In this document: piece by piece, positions 37,567 to 47,974 of the stretch
Layout: every line of letters begins with the position of its first letter
How positions within the stretch are numbered: position 1 is the stretch's first letter
From: an uncultured Microthrixaceae bacterium
Lineage (GTDB): Bacteria > Actinomycetota > Acidimicrobiia > Acidimicrobiales > VFJN01
Reading direction: 5' to 3'
Assembly: GCA_963806205.1 (NCBI GenBank)
Contig: CAWDXF010000003.1
Location: 71,760 to 135,759 of the forward strand
DNA length: 64,000 nucleotides
Notes under the pieces: model-generated
Seen by the model: only the letters and a program-made list of their open reading frames with translations
The model's database searches: none
What the model was told of the DNA's origin: nothing
Program-made: the position numbers and the translations under genes

Positions 37567-39079
37567 TCAGGTCCCCGGGGCCACCAGCGGCCAGGGCCGC
37601 TCCCGCTCGACGGCCAGGGCCACGTCGAGGAGGCGGGCGTCCTCGTGGTGCCGGGCCAGGACCTGCATGCCCACGGGCAGCCCGTCGACGGTCCCGGCGG
37701 GGATCGACACGGCCGGGTTGCCGTAGATGTTGGAGATGATCGTGAGGGCGCCCATGTTCACGAGGTCCGGGAAGCGCTTGGAGGCCTGCCCGAGGAGGGC
37801 GGAGGGGGTCTTGGGGGCGAAGGCGGCCACGAGACGGGTGGCCAGCAGCACGCCCCGGAAGGCCACCTTCGCGACGGGGTTCGCCACCGCCCAGTCGAGG
37901 AAGCTCGTCTCGCTGCTGCTCTTGGACGCCGCCGCGGGGAAGGCGGGGCCCGGGTTCGTGGCGGCGACGAGGAAGTCGACCTGCTCGAACGCGGCGGCCA
38001 TGACCTCGTTCGCCTGGATGCGCAGCTCCTCGGCCACCGACGCCGTCCGCAGGTTGTACAGGGAGTCGGACAGGCGGACGCCGATCGCCACCTCCTCGGT
38101 GAGATCACCGGCGCACTCGGGCCAGTGGTCGCCGAGGTCGGCCATCAGCGTGGCGAGGTTGCCCATCATCCACTGGGCCGCCAGGTTCGGCGGCCGCACG
38201 TCGAGGTCGACCGGCACCATCCCGGCGTCCGCGATCAGCGCGGCCGCCTCGGCGCGGATGCGTTCCTCCACGCCCGGCTCGAGGGTGATCCCGCCCAGGT
38301 TCGGGACGATCGCCACCCGCAGCGCCGCGGAGGTCGTGCGTGCCGAGCCCGGCCTCCCAACCACCGGGCGAGGGCAGCGTCGAGGGGTCGTACGGGTCCT
38401 GCCCCGCGCACACGTCGTAGTAGCGGGCCGCGTCGCGCACGGAGCGGGCCAGGTTGCCGAGCACGACCGTGTTGGGCCGCATGAAGGCGTGCGGCGCGCG
38501 CGTGATGCGACCGAACGTGCCCTTCATGCCGAGCAGGCCGGTGTACCCGGCGGGGATGCGGATCGACCCGCCCCCGTCACCGCCGGTGGCGAGGCTCACG
38601 AGGCCGCCGGCCACCGCCGCGGCCGACCCGCCCGAGGAGCCGCCGACCGTGCACCCGTGACGCCACGGGTTGTGGGTCACGCCGTTGATCTTCGTGACGC
38701 TGACGTTGAGCCCGCCGAACTCGCTGGCAGTGGTCTTGCCCACGGGCACGACACCCCCGTCCTCGACGAGCCGCAGCACCGACCGGGCCGTGTGGTCCGC
38801 GATGCGGTCCTTGTAGACGAGCGATGCCTCCGTCCAGGGCCACCCGGCCACCGGCTCGAGCTCCTTGATGGCGGTGGGCACGCCACCGAAGGGCAGCGAC
38901 ACGTCCGCCTTCACGGCCGCGGCACGGGCGCCCTCCGCGTCGACGTACGAGAACGAGTTGAGCTCCGACGCCTCGATGGCCGCGAGGGAGGCCTCGAGCT
39001 CGTCGACCGGGGAGTGCTCGCCGCGACGGAACGCGTCGACCAGCGAGCACGCGTCGCCCTGCCAGGGAAGGTCGGCCAT
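37567..39079 (-). pseudogene. Amidase (amidase-signature family), one frame break near 38340
   Basis: ATG 39079. It has GGSSGGSAAAVA, GGSIRIPA and an upstream Lys (PTAIKEL). ORF 38105..39793 joins ORF 37567..38364 colinearly. Confidence 0.9.
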
Positions 39080-39122
39080 CGGCCCATCATGGTCGATCCC
39101 GCCGCGGCGGGCTGAACCTGGT

Positions 39123-39902
39123 TCAGGTGGTGTAGTACCCGAACATCTGGACCACCCAGTAGTAGGTGCCGTCGAACGCCACGCCGATGCCGTGCTCGCC
39201 GTCGCGGGGGTCCTCGATGTGGCCGCGGTGGGTGGGCGAGGCGAGCCATCCGGAGAGGGCCTCGTCGATCGTCGGGGCGTAGGCCACGATCTCGGCCCAG
39301 CCCGGGCAGCTGCAGCTCGCCTTGACCTTGCCGAAGGCATCCGCGTTCGGGCGGTGCGACAGGGCGTGGTCGGCGGCCATCTTCGCCGCCCACTCCGCGG
39401 CGTACCCGTCGAGCGCGCTGTTGCGGCTGGTGGCCGGGCGGCCGAGGCCCGCCCGGTGCTGGCAGTACAGCGTGCCCATCTGGCTGGCCGGGCCGCTCCC
39501 GTAGTTGCACGGGCCGCCGGAGCGCGGGTTCGGCGGGGGCGTGGTCGGCTTGGTGGTGGCCGGCGCCTGGGTCGTGACCGTGCCCCCGCCGGACGAGCGG
39601 CGAGCGGTGGTGCTGGTCGTCGTGGCGCCTCCGCCGGCGGCCGCGGTGCCCGCCGGGGCGGTCGCGCTGGTGCTGGTGGCCGCCAGGGTCGTCGACGTCG
39701 TCGTGACCGCCGTGCTCGAGGTCGTGGTCGGCAGGTCGAAGAGCGTGTCGTCGTCGGAGGTCTCGACCGCGGATGCGCCGCCGTCGTCGTCACCCATCAG
39801 CGCGAGCGCGCCGGTGAGCAGCGCGGCCACGGCCACCACGGCAGCCACTGCCGCCAGCATCCGGCGCTGGTGCATCTCGAGGCTCCACAGCCACTCGCGC
39901 AT
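39123..39902 (-). CDS. Membrane-anchored CAP (SCP/PR-1-like) domain protein with T/S-rich linker
   Basis: N-terminal TM, a T/S/A-rich linker, and a C-terminal CAP-like domain (YAAEWAAKMAADHALSHRPN...GWLASPTHRGHI...HGIGV). Confidence 0.8.
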   Translation of the reverse strand: MREWLWSLEMHQRRMLAAVAAVVAVAALLTGALALMGDDDGGASAVETSDDDTLFDLPTTTSSTAVTTTSTTLAATSTSATAPAGTAAAGGGATTTSTTARRSSGGGTVTTQAPATTKPTTPPPNPRSGGPCNYGSGPASQMGTLYCQHRAGLGRPATSRNSALDGYAAEWAAKMAADHALSHRPNADAFGKVKASCSCPGWAEIVAYAPTIDEALSGWLASPTHRGHIEDPRDGEHGIGVAFDGTYYWVVQMFGYYTT

Positions 39903-40342
39903 CCGGACACGGTACGACGCGGGCCGCGCTCGTCCATGTCATCTCGGTGCACGCACCGCCCGAACCGCCTCCATCAGGACGAGGTTTTCGTGCCTTGACC
40001 GTGTACAGGGGCGGCGCGACGGTGGCAGGGAAGCACCAGACCGGGAGAGGGGGGTCTGCAGATGCACGAGGGACCCGCATCGATGGAGCGATCCCCGCCC
40101 GCACGGTGACCTGCCTGCGTCGGTGTCGACGTACCTGGCGGACCCGCCCACCGCATCCAGCACGCATCGACGGCTGGCACCGCGGGATCCGTGAACGGCC
40201 ACTTCGACCCACCGGCGCGGGTGGCCGAGGCTGGGCCCCGGTGGAGGCGGGCATCCCGCCCGTGCCCTCCACCGGGGCCTCGTCGCGTCCGGACCCGGCT
40301 CGCCAGTAGGGTCCCGCACCGTCCCGAGCGGGGGGAGGTGCA

Positions 40343-41062
40343 GTGGAGCTGTCACGTCGGGGGTTCGTGGTGGGCGCGGTGGCCACGCCGCTCGCGGCGC
40401 TCCTGCCCCGGGCTGCGTGGGCGGACCCGGGTGCGCCCCTGCGCTTCCTCGACGCCCACCAGGCCGCGGTCGTCGAGGCCGCCACGGCACGGCTGATCCC
40501 CGGGCCCACCGACGACCTGCTCGAGCTCGGCCACCCCGGCGCGCGCGAAGCCGGCGTGGTGCGGTACATCGACGCGCTCCTCTCGGCGTTCGACACCGAC
40601 CCGCCGGGGATCTACGCGGGCGGGCCGTTCAGCGGTCGCCACGGCGGTGCCGCCGACTTCGGCCGGCACGAGCGCCTGAGCGACACCCAGGAGCGCTACT
40701 GGCGCGCGCAGGTCACCGAGCTGCAGGGTCGCTACACCGCCGGCGTAGCCGTCCTCGACGCGGCCGCCGGTGGCGACTTCGACGCTGCTGGTCCGCTGCA
40801 GCAGGACCTGGTGCTCGCGGGGAACGCCACCGGCTTCCGCGACCTGCTCTTCGACCACACGATCGAGGGCTGGCTGGCGGCGCCCGAGTACGACGGCAAC
40901 CGCGACCAGCAGGGGTGGGTCGAGGTGCGCGCCCCGGGCGACGTGCAGCCGACGGGCTTCACCGACGCGGAGGTAGCGGGTGGCGACGGGCTCGACGTGA
41001 TCGACCCGACCGGCATCGTCGGCGCCCTCCTCCTCCAGATCGAGAGACTCTTCGATGCCTGA
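40343..41062 (+). CDS. Gluconate 2-dehydrogenase subunit 3-like small subunit with Tat signal
   Basis: GTG 40343 follows GGGGGAGG. Tat motif is SRRGFVVGAVA. The stop overlaps the GMC gene start by 8 nt. Confidence 0.8.
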   Translation: MELSRRGFVVGAVATPLAALLPRAAWADPGAPLRFLDAHQAAVVEAATARLIPGPTDDLLELGHPGAREAGVVRYIDALLSAFDTDPPGIYAGGPFSGRHGGAADFGRHERLSDTQERYWRAQVTELQGRYTAGVAVLDAAAGGDFDAAGPLQQDLVLAGNATGFRDLLFDHTIEGWLAAPEYDGNRDQQGWVEVRAPGDVQPTGFTDAEVAGGDGLDVIDPTGIVGALLLQIERLFDA

Positions 41063-42882
41063 GGCCGTTGTGATCGGCAGCGGTCCCGGCGGCGCCACGG
41101 CCGCGATGGTGCTGGCCGAAGCGGGGTGGGACGTCGTCGTGCTCGAGAAGGGCGCCAACCGCTTCGGCGACCTCACGTCGGCGACGCCCGCCACCGCCTT
41201 CTCCAACGACGAGCTCAAGAGCATGCGCTGGTTCGAGGACCAGATCCCCGCCCTCGAGCCCCGCACCTTCCGGGCCACCGCGGCAGAGGCCACCCCGCGC
41301 CACGTCGGCGCGGTCAACAACCTGCCGACGGTGGTCGGCGGGGGCACCGTCCACTGGGACGCGAAGACGCCGCGGTTCTGGGACATCGACTTCCAGAAGC
41401 TGAGCCTGCTCGGCCCGGTGGCGGGCGCCGACATCACCGACTGGCCGTTCACCTACGACGAGCTGGCCCCCGTCTACGAGGAGGTGGAGCGGCTCATCGG
41501 CGTGGCCGGCGACGCCGACGCGCTGCAACGCGAGCCCCGCCGGGCGCCACGCGCCGCGGGCCAACCCGTACCCCATGCCGCCGGGACCTTCGCAGTACAG
41601 CTCCAAGCGCTTCGCCGACGCGGCGGCGCTCCTGGGATGGCACCCGACGCCCACGCCGATGGCGATCAACTCCGAGCCCTACGACGGCCGGCCCGCGTGC
41701 GTGAACTGCGGCTTCTGCAGCGGCTTCGGCTGCCCCATCCACGCCCGAGTGGGCGGGCTGGCCCCACTGCGGCGCGCGCTGCTGACCGGGCGGGTCGAGG
41801 TGCGAGCCGAGACGTTCGTGGCGAAGGTCGACGTCGTCGGCACGCGCGCCACCGGCGTCACCACCGTCGACCTCGACGGCGTCGTCTCCCACGTGCCGGC
41901 CGACTTCGTGGTGCTCGCCGCGTCGGCGATGGAGTCGAGCCGCCTCGCGCTGCTGTCGGACCTCCCCGACCCGCACGACCTCATGGGCCGCGGCCTCATG
42001 TTCCACTGGTTCACCGACTGCTTCGGCTTCTTCCTCACCGAGCGGATGCACACGTTCCGCGGCCGCTCCACGAGCCACGGCATCGAGGACTTCTGCGACC
42101 CGGACTTCCCCGGCGCCCGCGCCTTCGCCGCCGCCAACGGCCTCCCCTACCTGCGCGGCGGGATCCTCGAGCTGGGCGGCACGCAGCACCCGATCGCCGA
42201 GGCCAAGCTCTACAAGTCGTTCCTACCGGCCCTGTCCCCCGCCAAGCCCTTCGGCGCGGTGTTCAAGGAGCTCATGCGAGCGAGCCTGTTCCGCGACCGC
42301 CTGGCCGGAATCCAGATGGTCGGCGAGGACCTGCCCCAGCGCACGAACACCGTGGACCTCGACCCTGGCGTGCGCGACGTCCGCGGCGTCCCCGTGCCGC
42401 GGGTGACCTACACCCCGCACCAGCACGAGGTCACGGCGCAGCTCTTCTACATCCCGCTCCTCACCGCGCTCATCAAGGCCGCGGGCGCGGACGTGGCCGG
42501 CGCGCTCCCGGCCACGAGCACCGACAACCTCCCCTCACCGGTCGGCGACGCGGTGCCCGACGACAAGCACATCATGGGCGGGCTGCGCATGGGCACCGAT
42601 CCCCGCACGAGTGTGACCGACGGTGACGGTCTGTTCCGGGGCCTCGACAACGTCGGCGTGGCCGACGCGTCGGTCTTCCCGACCAGCGGCGCGCACAACC
42701 CCACCCTCACGCTGATGGCCGTGGCCCTGCGCAACGCCCGTCGCTGGGTCGGCGCACAGACACCCGACGCCGGGGGCGAGATCCCCGCCACCGGACGCCG
42801 CGTGCCCACGGGCGCGGCAGCCGCGATGGCCGCTGCCGCCGCGGCCGGCATCGCCGCAACCCGCGCTGCCCGCCCGCAGTGA
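41055..42882 (+). pseudogene. GMC-family FAD-dependent oxidoreductase (large subunit), one frame break near 41560
   Basis: VVIGSGPGGATAAMVLAEAGWDVVVLEKG (FAD fold) in ORF 41055... It continues in ORF 41575..42882 with CVNCGFCSGFGCP and HIMGGLRMG...VADASVFPTSGAHNPTLT. Confidence 0.85.
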
Positions 42883-42933
42883 CGACGCGAATCCGCCGGA
42901 TGGCCAGCCGGGCGCGTGCCTAGCGTCGGGACC

Positions 42934-43749
42934 ATGCCCGATCAGACCGCCCGCATCGCCGCCTTCCGCTCGCTCCACGAGGGGCCCGACCTGTTCCTGA
43001 TGCCGAACCCGTGGGACGCGGGCTCGGCCCGGCTCCTCGCCCACCTCGGCTTCCCCGCGCTGGCCACCACGAGCAGCGGGTTCGCCGCGACCTTTGGCCG
43101 GCTCGACGGCCAGGTGACCCGCGAGGAGGTCCTGGACGACTGCACCGCGCTGTGCGAGGCGGTCGACGTGCCGGTCTCGGCCGACCTCGAGCACGGCTTC
43201 GCGGACGAACCGGGCGAGGTGGCCGAGACCTACCGCCTCGCCCTCGAGACCGGCCTGGCCGGCGCCTCGATCGAGGACAGCACCAAGCGGGCCGACGACC
43301 CGATCTTCGAGCTCGGCCTCGCGACCGAGCGGGTGCGCGCGGCCGTCGAGGCCGCGGGGACCGGCGACCGCCGGCTCGTGATCACCGCGCGCTACGAGGG
43401 CTTCCTCCACGGCCGCACCGACCTCGCCGAGGCGATCACGCGGCTGCAGGCGTACCAGCAGGCCGGCGCCGACTGCCTGTTCGCCCCGGGCGTGCGCAAG
43501 CTCGACGAGCTCCGCACGTTGGTGGCCGAGATCGACGGGCCCGTGAACGTGCTCGTGCGCCCGGGCGCGCCGAGCATCGCCGAACTGCACGAGATCGGCG
43601 TGCGCCGCATCTCGGTGGGGGGTGGCTTCGCGTACGCCGCGATCGGCGGCCTCGTCGACGCGGCGACCGAGCTCCGCGACCAGGGCACGTACACCTTCTG
43701 GGACCAGGCGAGCCGCGGCTGGGACGCGGCCCACACCGCCTTCGCCTGA
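42934..43749 (+). CDS. Isocitrate lyase/PEP mutase superfamily enzyme (2-methylisocitrate lyase-like)
   Basis: FLMPNPWDAGSARLL, ALATTSSGFA, SADLEHGF and GASIED blocks. The start was set at ATG 42934. Confidence 0.85.
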   Translation: MPDQTARIAAFRSLHEGPDLFLMPNPWDAGSARLLAHLGFPALATTSSGFAATFGRLDGQVTREEVLDDCTALCEAVDVPVSADLEHGFADEPGEVAETYRLALETGLAGASIEDSTKRADDPIFELGLATERVRAAVEAAGTGDRRLVITARYEGFLHGRTDLAEAITRLQAYQQAGADCLFAPGVRKLDELRTLVAEIDGPVNVLVRPGAPSIAELHEIGVRRISVGGGFAYAAIGGLVDAATELRDQGTYTFWDQASRGWDAAHTAFA

Positions 43750-43753
43750 GCGG

Positions 43754-44905
43754 TCAGAAGATGGGGGCGTGCAGCTCCTGGCCGGCGAGCAGCGAGCCCG
43801 CGGTCTGCATCGTGTCGCCCCGGACGACGAAGTGCTGGCGGAGGGTCTGCACGTCCCGGAGCCGGCGCTGCAATGAGCAGTCGCTGTACAGGGCGGCGCT
43901 GCCGCCGCTGCGGTAGGCGAACTCGACGACCTGCGCCGCCCGGTCGGTCGCCCACACCGCGGTGGCACGCGATCGGGCGCGCTCCGCGAGGGTGAGCTCC
44001 CGCCCCTCGACGGCGATCGACCACAGGCCGTGCGCCTCCTCGGTGAGCAGCGCCCGCGCCGCCCGCACGTCGGTGTCCGCCTGGGCCAGCCCGAGGTGGA
44101 AGTGCGGGCTGCCGGCCAGCGCACTGTCCGCGAGGAGGGGGATCCGGTCGGGTGCGAGCCCCTTGATGTCGTCGAGGGCGCCCTGGGCCATGCCGAGCGC
44201 CACGCTCGCCACCGCGACGCCGAAGAACTGCGGCGGCGGGACCCGCACGATCGGCTCGTCGAGGCACGGCTCGTCCTGGAGCAGCGCGTAGGTGCAGTCG
44301 GCCGGGACGACGACGCCATCGATGTGGAAGTGGTGGCTGCCCGTCCCACGCAGGCCGACGACGTCCCAGGTGTCCTCGATGACCGCCGCGACCGGATCGA
44401 GCACCGCCACCCGGAGGAGCGGGCCGTGGTCGCCCATGCCCTCGATGCAGTTGCCGAACAGCCAGGTGGCGTGCTCGCACCCGCTGGCGAAGGCCCAGCG
44501 GCCTTCGACCAGGTATCCGTCGTCCGTGACGGTGATCCGGCCGGAGGGGTTGATGGCCCCGGCCGTGATGACGTCGCTGCGTCCCGCGAACAGGGCATCG
44601 AAGGACGGCCGGGGCAGGCTCGCCAGGTCGATCCACGATCCCCCGCCGATCATCACCGTCCAGCCGACCGATCCATCGGCCCGGGCGAGGGTCTCGAACA
44701 GGCGGAGGGCGGTGGGCAGGTCGGCGCCGGTCCCACCATGGCTCGTGGGGAGGAGGAGGCGGAAGCACCCGATGTCGACGAGCTCGTCGAGCAGGTCCTT
44801 GGGCAGGCGTCGTGCCGCCTCCACCTCCGGCGCCCGGGCTGCGATGGACGGAGCCAGGCTCTCGGCGGCCGCCAGCACGCCCGCGGGGGTGCCGACCGCG
44901 CTCAT
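43754..44905 (-). CDS. Acyl-CoA dehydrogenase-fold flavin-dependent oxidoreductase/monooxygenase
   Basis: 383 aa from ATG 44905, which overlaps the upstream stop (ATGA). It shows the ACAD three-domain pattern (GGSWIDLA..., GRWAFASGC, WDVVGLRGTGSHHF, ALYSDCSLQRRLRDV). Confidence 0.85.
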   Translation of the reverse strand: MSAVGTPAGVLAAAESLAPSIAARAPEVEAARRLPKDLLDELVDIGCFRLLLPTSHGGTGADLPTALRLFETLARADGSVGWTVMIGGGSWIDLASLPRPSFDALFAGRSDVITAGAINPSGRITVTDDGYLVEGRWAFASGCEHATWLFGNCIEGMGDHGPLLRVAVLDPVAAVIEDTWDVVGLRGTGSHHFHIDGVVVPADCTYALLQDEPCLDEPIVRVPPPQFFGVAVASVALGMAQGALDDIKGLAPDRIPLLADSALAGSPHFHLGLAQADTDVRAARALLTEEAHGLWSIAVEGRELTLAERARSRATAVWATDRAAQVVEFAYRSGGSAALYSDCSLQRRLRDVQTLRQHFVVRGDTMQTAGSLLAGQELHAPIF

Positions 44906-45333
44906 GGCCGCACCATCGGTGCTTCGGCGGCGTGGCGGGCCCGCCGGTCGTCGTCCCACCCGCCGTTGCAATAGGTGACGACCTCGGCGACCTTGCCGTC
45001 CCGCACCTCGCAGAGGTGGAGCCGGCGGGCCACCTCGACGGTGCCGTCGCCGGACTGGGTGTGCTCGTGCTCGAACACGAAGCCGGTGGCGGTCGGGACG
45101 ACCCGGAGGATCCGGGCCGTCGACCCCTCGGGGGTGATCGCCCGGAGCTGGTCCAGGAGCGGCTGGCGGCCCTGCAGCTGGAAGCGCCAGAACGGGGGCA
45201 GGAGGTCGCAGAAGACGTCCTCGGCGAGCACGTGCTCGTCGTCGACGAAGGTCTCGAAGCAGCGGTTGAGCCCGGTGGCGAGGCGCTCTGCCAGCGCCTC
45301 GTCGAGCTCCTGGGTGAGCAGGTGTTCGGTCAT
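44902..45333 (-). CDS. SnoaL-like / NTF2-fold protein
   Basis: 143 aa from ATG 45333. The size and beta-rich C-terminus (LHLCEVRDGKVAEVVTYCNG) fit the NTF2-like fold. It is translationally coupled to the downstream ACAD-fold gene. Confidence 0.65.
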   Translation of the reverse strand: MTEHLLTQELDEALAERLATGLNRCFETFVDDEHVLAEDVFCDLLPPFWRFQLQGRQPLLDQLRAITPEGSTARILRVVPTATGFVFEHEHTQSGDGTVEVARRLHLCEVRDGKVAEVVTYCNGGWDDDRRARHAAEAPMVRP

Positions 45334-45427
45334 GGGGGCAACGTACGAAGGGGCCGCCCCGCTCGACATCGCCCGGAACCACCATCCGCGCGGGATCACG
45401 CGTGGTCCGGACTGACCACGCGGCCGG

Positions 45428-47035
45428 CTACACGAGGCCGTGCTCGAAGGCGTGGGCGGTCGCCGCCGACCGCGACGAGACACCCAGCTTGGCGAAGATG
45501 TTCTGCACGTGGCGGGCCACCGTGTGCTGGCTGATGGTCAGGTGCTCCGCGATCTCGCGGTTGCTCTGGCCGGCCGCCACCAGCCGGAGGACCTCCAGCT
45601 CCCGACCGCTCAGCCGCGAGGACCCTGCCGGTGCGCTGCCGCGTGGCAGGGCAGCCAGGTCCGGGCGCGCGCCCAGGCCCTCGAAGGTCGCCCGCGCCGA
45701 CTCCCGCTCGATGGCCGCGGCGTCGAGGTCGCCCACCGCGTCCAGAGCCTCCGCCAGGCGGGCGCGCGCCCGGGCGACGTCGTAGCCCATGCTCAGCTCG
45801 AGCCAGGCGCCGCGGGCGCGACGGAGCTCCGACACCGCGCCTTCGGCGTCCCCCTCCCGCAGGAGGACTCCGCCCGCCGCGTAGGCGGCGATCGCGTCGA
45901 GCAACGGGACGCCGCGCTCCCGCGCGATCGCGGCAAGCTCGTCGGCGGCGGCGCGGGCTCCTGCGTCGTCCCCGGCGGCGAGCAGGATCTCGACCGCCGC
46001 CGCGAGCACGCGGGGGTGGTCCGGCCGCCCGCCCTCGCGCAACGCGCGCCGGATCGCGGTCGCCGCGCTGGCGGCGCTGCCCTCCGCGAGGCGGAGCAGC
46101 TGCAGGCCGGGGGTGGGCTCGCGACCGGCCTCGTTGGCCGCCCGGTACGCCACCTTCGCCTCGTCGAGCTCCCCCCGGAGGCGGTGCAGCTCGCCCTGCT
46201 GATAGAGCGCGAGCCCCACGGCGGGATGGGTCAGCTCCGCCAGGGATCGGCGGGCTCGCTCGGCCTCGACGGCTGCGTCCGCCCAGCCCCCGTGCGCCTG
46301 GAGGAGCTCCGCGCGGTGCACCAGGCACTGCCCGCGGTACGGCACGAGGTCCGGCTGGGCCGCGCACCAGCTGTGGAACTCGTCGGTCCAGGCCGTCGCC
46401 CGGCGGACGTCGAAGGTGTCGACGCACGCCTCGAGGACGGCGCAGTACACGATGCCGGCCGGGATCGGGGACACCTCCCCGGTCGTGACCGCGACCATGA
46501 CCTCGTCGAGCGACCGCATGCCGCCGGCGAGGTCGCCCAGCGCGAGCGCGGCCTGTCCAAGGCCCAGCAACCCCAGCGCGAGGAGGTCCCGGTCGCCGCA
46601 ACGTTCGCCGGTCTCCACCATCTGCTGCGAGAGGTCGGCAGCCCGCGCTGCGTCCCCGGAGCCGACGGCCTGCAGGAACCCGGGGAGGAGGAGGAACCCG
46701 CGCGCCGCGCACCCCGCCTCGAGCGGCTGGACGACGCGCTCGGCCCGCGCGAACCACCCCCCGGCGCGGGCCTCCTCACCGCGGAGCAGGAGGTCGATGC
46801 CCAGCCAGAACGCGCAGCGCGTCGCCGTGGCGTGGTCGCCGGCCTCGGCGGCGGCCGTGTGGGCACGCTCCCACGCCCGGTCGCTCTCGTCGGTCCGGCC
46901 GAGGAGCTGCGCGGCGACGGCCAGGCGCTCGAGGTCCTCGGGCTGCAGCGATGGCGCCTCCTGCAGCAATCCGTAGGCCTCCGCCCACGCCCGGCGGACG
47001 AAGGCCTCGCGCGCGGCAACGACCGGATCGACCAC
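45428..47035 (-). CDS. LuxR-family transcriptional regulator with long helical (TPR-like) N-terminal region
   Basis: Intact 535-aa ORF. C-terminal [45 protein letters not shown]. Confidence 0.85.
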   Translation of the reverse strand: MVDPVVAAREAFVRRAWAEAYGLLQEAPSLQPEDLERLAVAAQLLGRTDESDRAWERAHTAAAEAGDHATATRCAFWLGIDLLLRGEEARAGGWFARAERVVQPLEAGCAARGFLLLPGFLQAVGSGDAARAADLSQQMVETGERCGDRDLLALGLLGLGQAALALGDLAGGMRSLDEVMVAVTTGEVSPIPAGIVYCAVLEACVDTFDVRRATAWTDEFHSWCAAQPDLVPYRGQCLVHRAELLQAHGGWADAAVEAERARRSLAELTHPAVGLALYQQGELHRLRGELDEAKVAYRAANEAGREPTPGLQLLRLAEGSAASAATAIRRALREGGRPDHPRVLAAAVEILLAAGDDAGARAAADELAAIARERGVPLLDAIAAYAAGGVLLREGDAEGAVSELRRARGAWLELSMGYDVARARARLAEALDAVGDLDAAAIERESARATFEGLGARPDLAALPRGSAPAGSSRLSGRELEVLRLVAAGQSNREIAEHLTISQHTVARHVQNIFAKLGVSSRSAATAHAFEHGLV

Positions 47036-47092
47036 GCCGGCAGTCTTCCTCAGCCGCCGGACGCCCGCAGGCGCCTCGCTACCCGGCGGAGA

Positions 47093-47974
47093 TCACGGCG
47101 CCGGCGCCGGTGACGCTCTGAGCACCCGCCGCCGCGCCGGGCGAGCGGGACCGCGGGTGTCCGGGTCGAGGCGGCGCAGGCCCCAGCTGAGCGTCGCCAT
47201 CCACGCCGCGGCGATGAGCGCGATGCCGGCGTAGGCGGCCCGCTCGAGCGCGACCTCGTCGGTCTTCGCCTCGCGCTGCAGGATCGACTTCTCCCGCTGG
47301 AAGCTGCGGAGGCTGTCCACCGCGGGGACCTCCGCCGCGTCGAGCGCCGCGTCCGCTGGGAGGTAGATCGGGACGGCCTGCATCCCGTCTCCCTGGTGCA
47401 GCCGGAGGAGCGTCTTGAAGTCGCCGCCCACGGGGATCGGCGCGGCGCTGCGCCACGTGCCGTCGGCCTGGCGCTCCATGTCCTCGAGCTCGAAGCCCCC
47501 GGGACCGCCGTCGCCGGCGCCCTGCCAGGCGATCACCTGGAACCACGCGGCGTCGCGCGCGGCCGCGTCCGCGTCACCGTCGAGCGCGACTGCGAGGTAC
47601 GCGGCGGGTGCCCCGGTGTCAGCGTCGACGCCGGCCGCCTCCAGGCGGAGGTCCGCCTGCCAGTCCGTCGACTCGGTCATGGGGAGCCCGACGCCGATGG
47701 CGACCACCGCACCGCCCCAGGCGACCACCCGGACCGCGCCGGGCACCGTCTGGCGGGCCACGCCGTCGGGTGCGAGCGACCGACCGATGAACCCACCGAG
47801 CAGCCCGCCCGCCGTGCCCGCCAGCGCGGCGAGGACGAGCGCCTCGGGAAGCAGGTCGCCCTGCCAGGGCTGCGGCATCCACACGTGGCTCCACGCCCAC
47901 TCGGTCGCCATCCCGACGGTGCCGATGAGCACGCCGGCGACGGCGCCCAGGGTCAGCTGCCGGTCCCGTCCCAC
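47093..47974 (-). CDS. Membrane protein (N- and C-terminal TM helices with a central extracytoplasmic domain); may be the 3' part of 47953..48951
   Basis: 293-aa ORF starting at GTG and overlapping the upstream ORF by 22 nt. Confidence 0.55.
   Translation of the reverse strand: MGRDRQLTLGAVAGVLIGTVGMATEWAWSHVWMPQPWQGDLLPEALVLAALAGTAGGLLGGFIGRSLAPDGVARQTVPGAVRVVAWGGAVVAIGVGLPMTESTDWQADLRLEAAGVDADTGAPAAYLAVALDGDADAAARDAAWFQVIAWQGAGDGGPGGFELEDMERQADGTWRSAAPIPVGGDFKTLLRLHQGDGMQAVPIYLPADAALDAAEVPAVDSLRSFQREKSILQREAKTDEVALERAAYAGIALIAAAWMATLSWGLRRLDPDTRGPARPARRRVLRASPAPAP

Noticed and set aside
39980-40130. Possible cobalamin riboswitch (GGTGGCAGGGAAGCACC... resembles the AGGGAA core)
   Set aside because: There is no B12 box (GCCACTG-like) and no matching GGTG...CCCGC pairing pattern. 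The downstream gene has no link to cobalamin. The similarity is limited to a few nucleotides.
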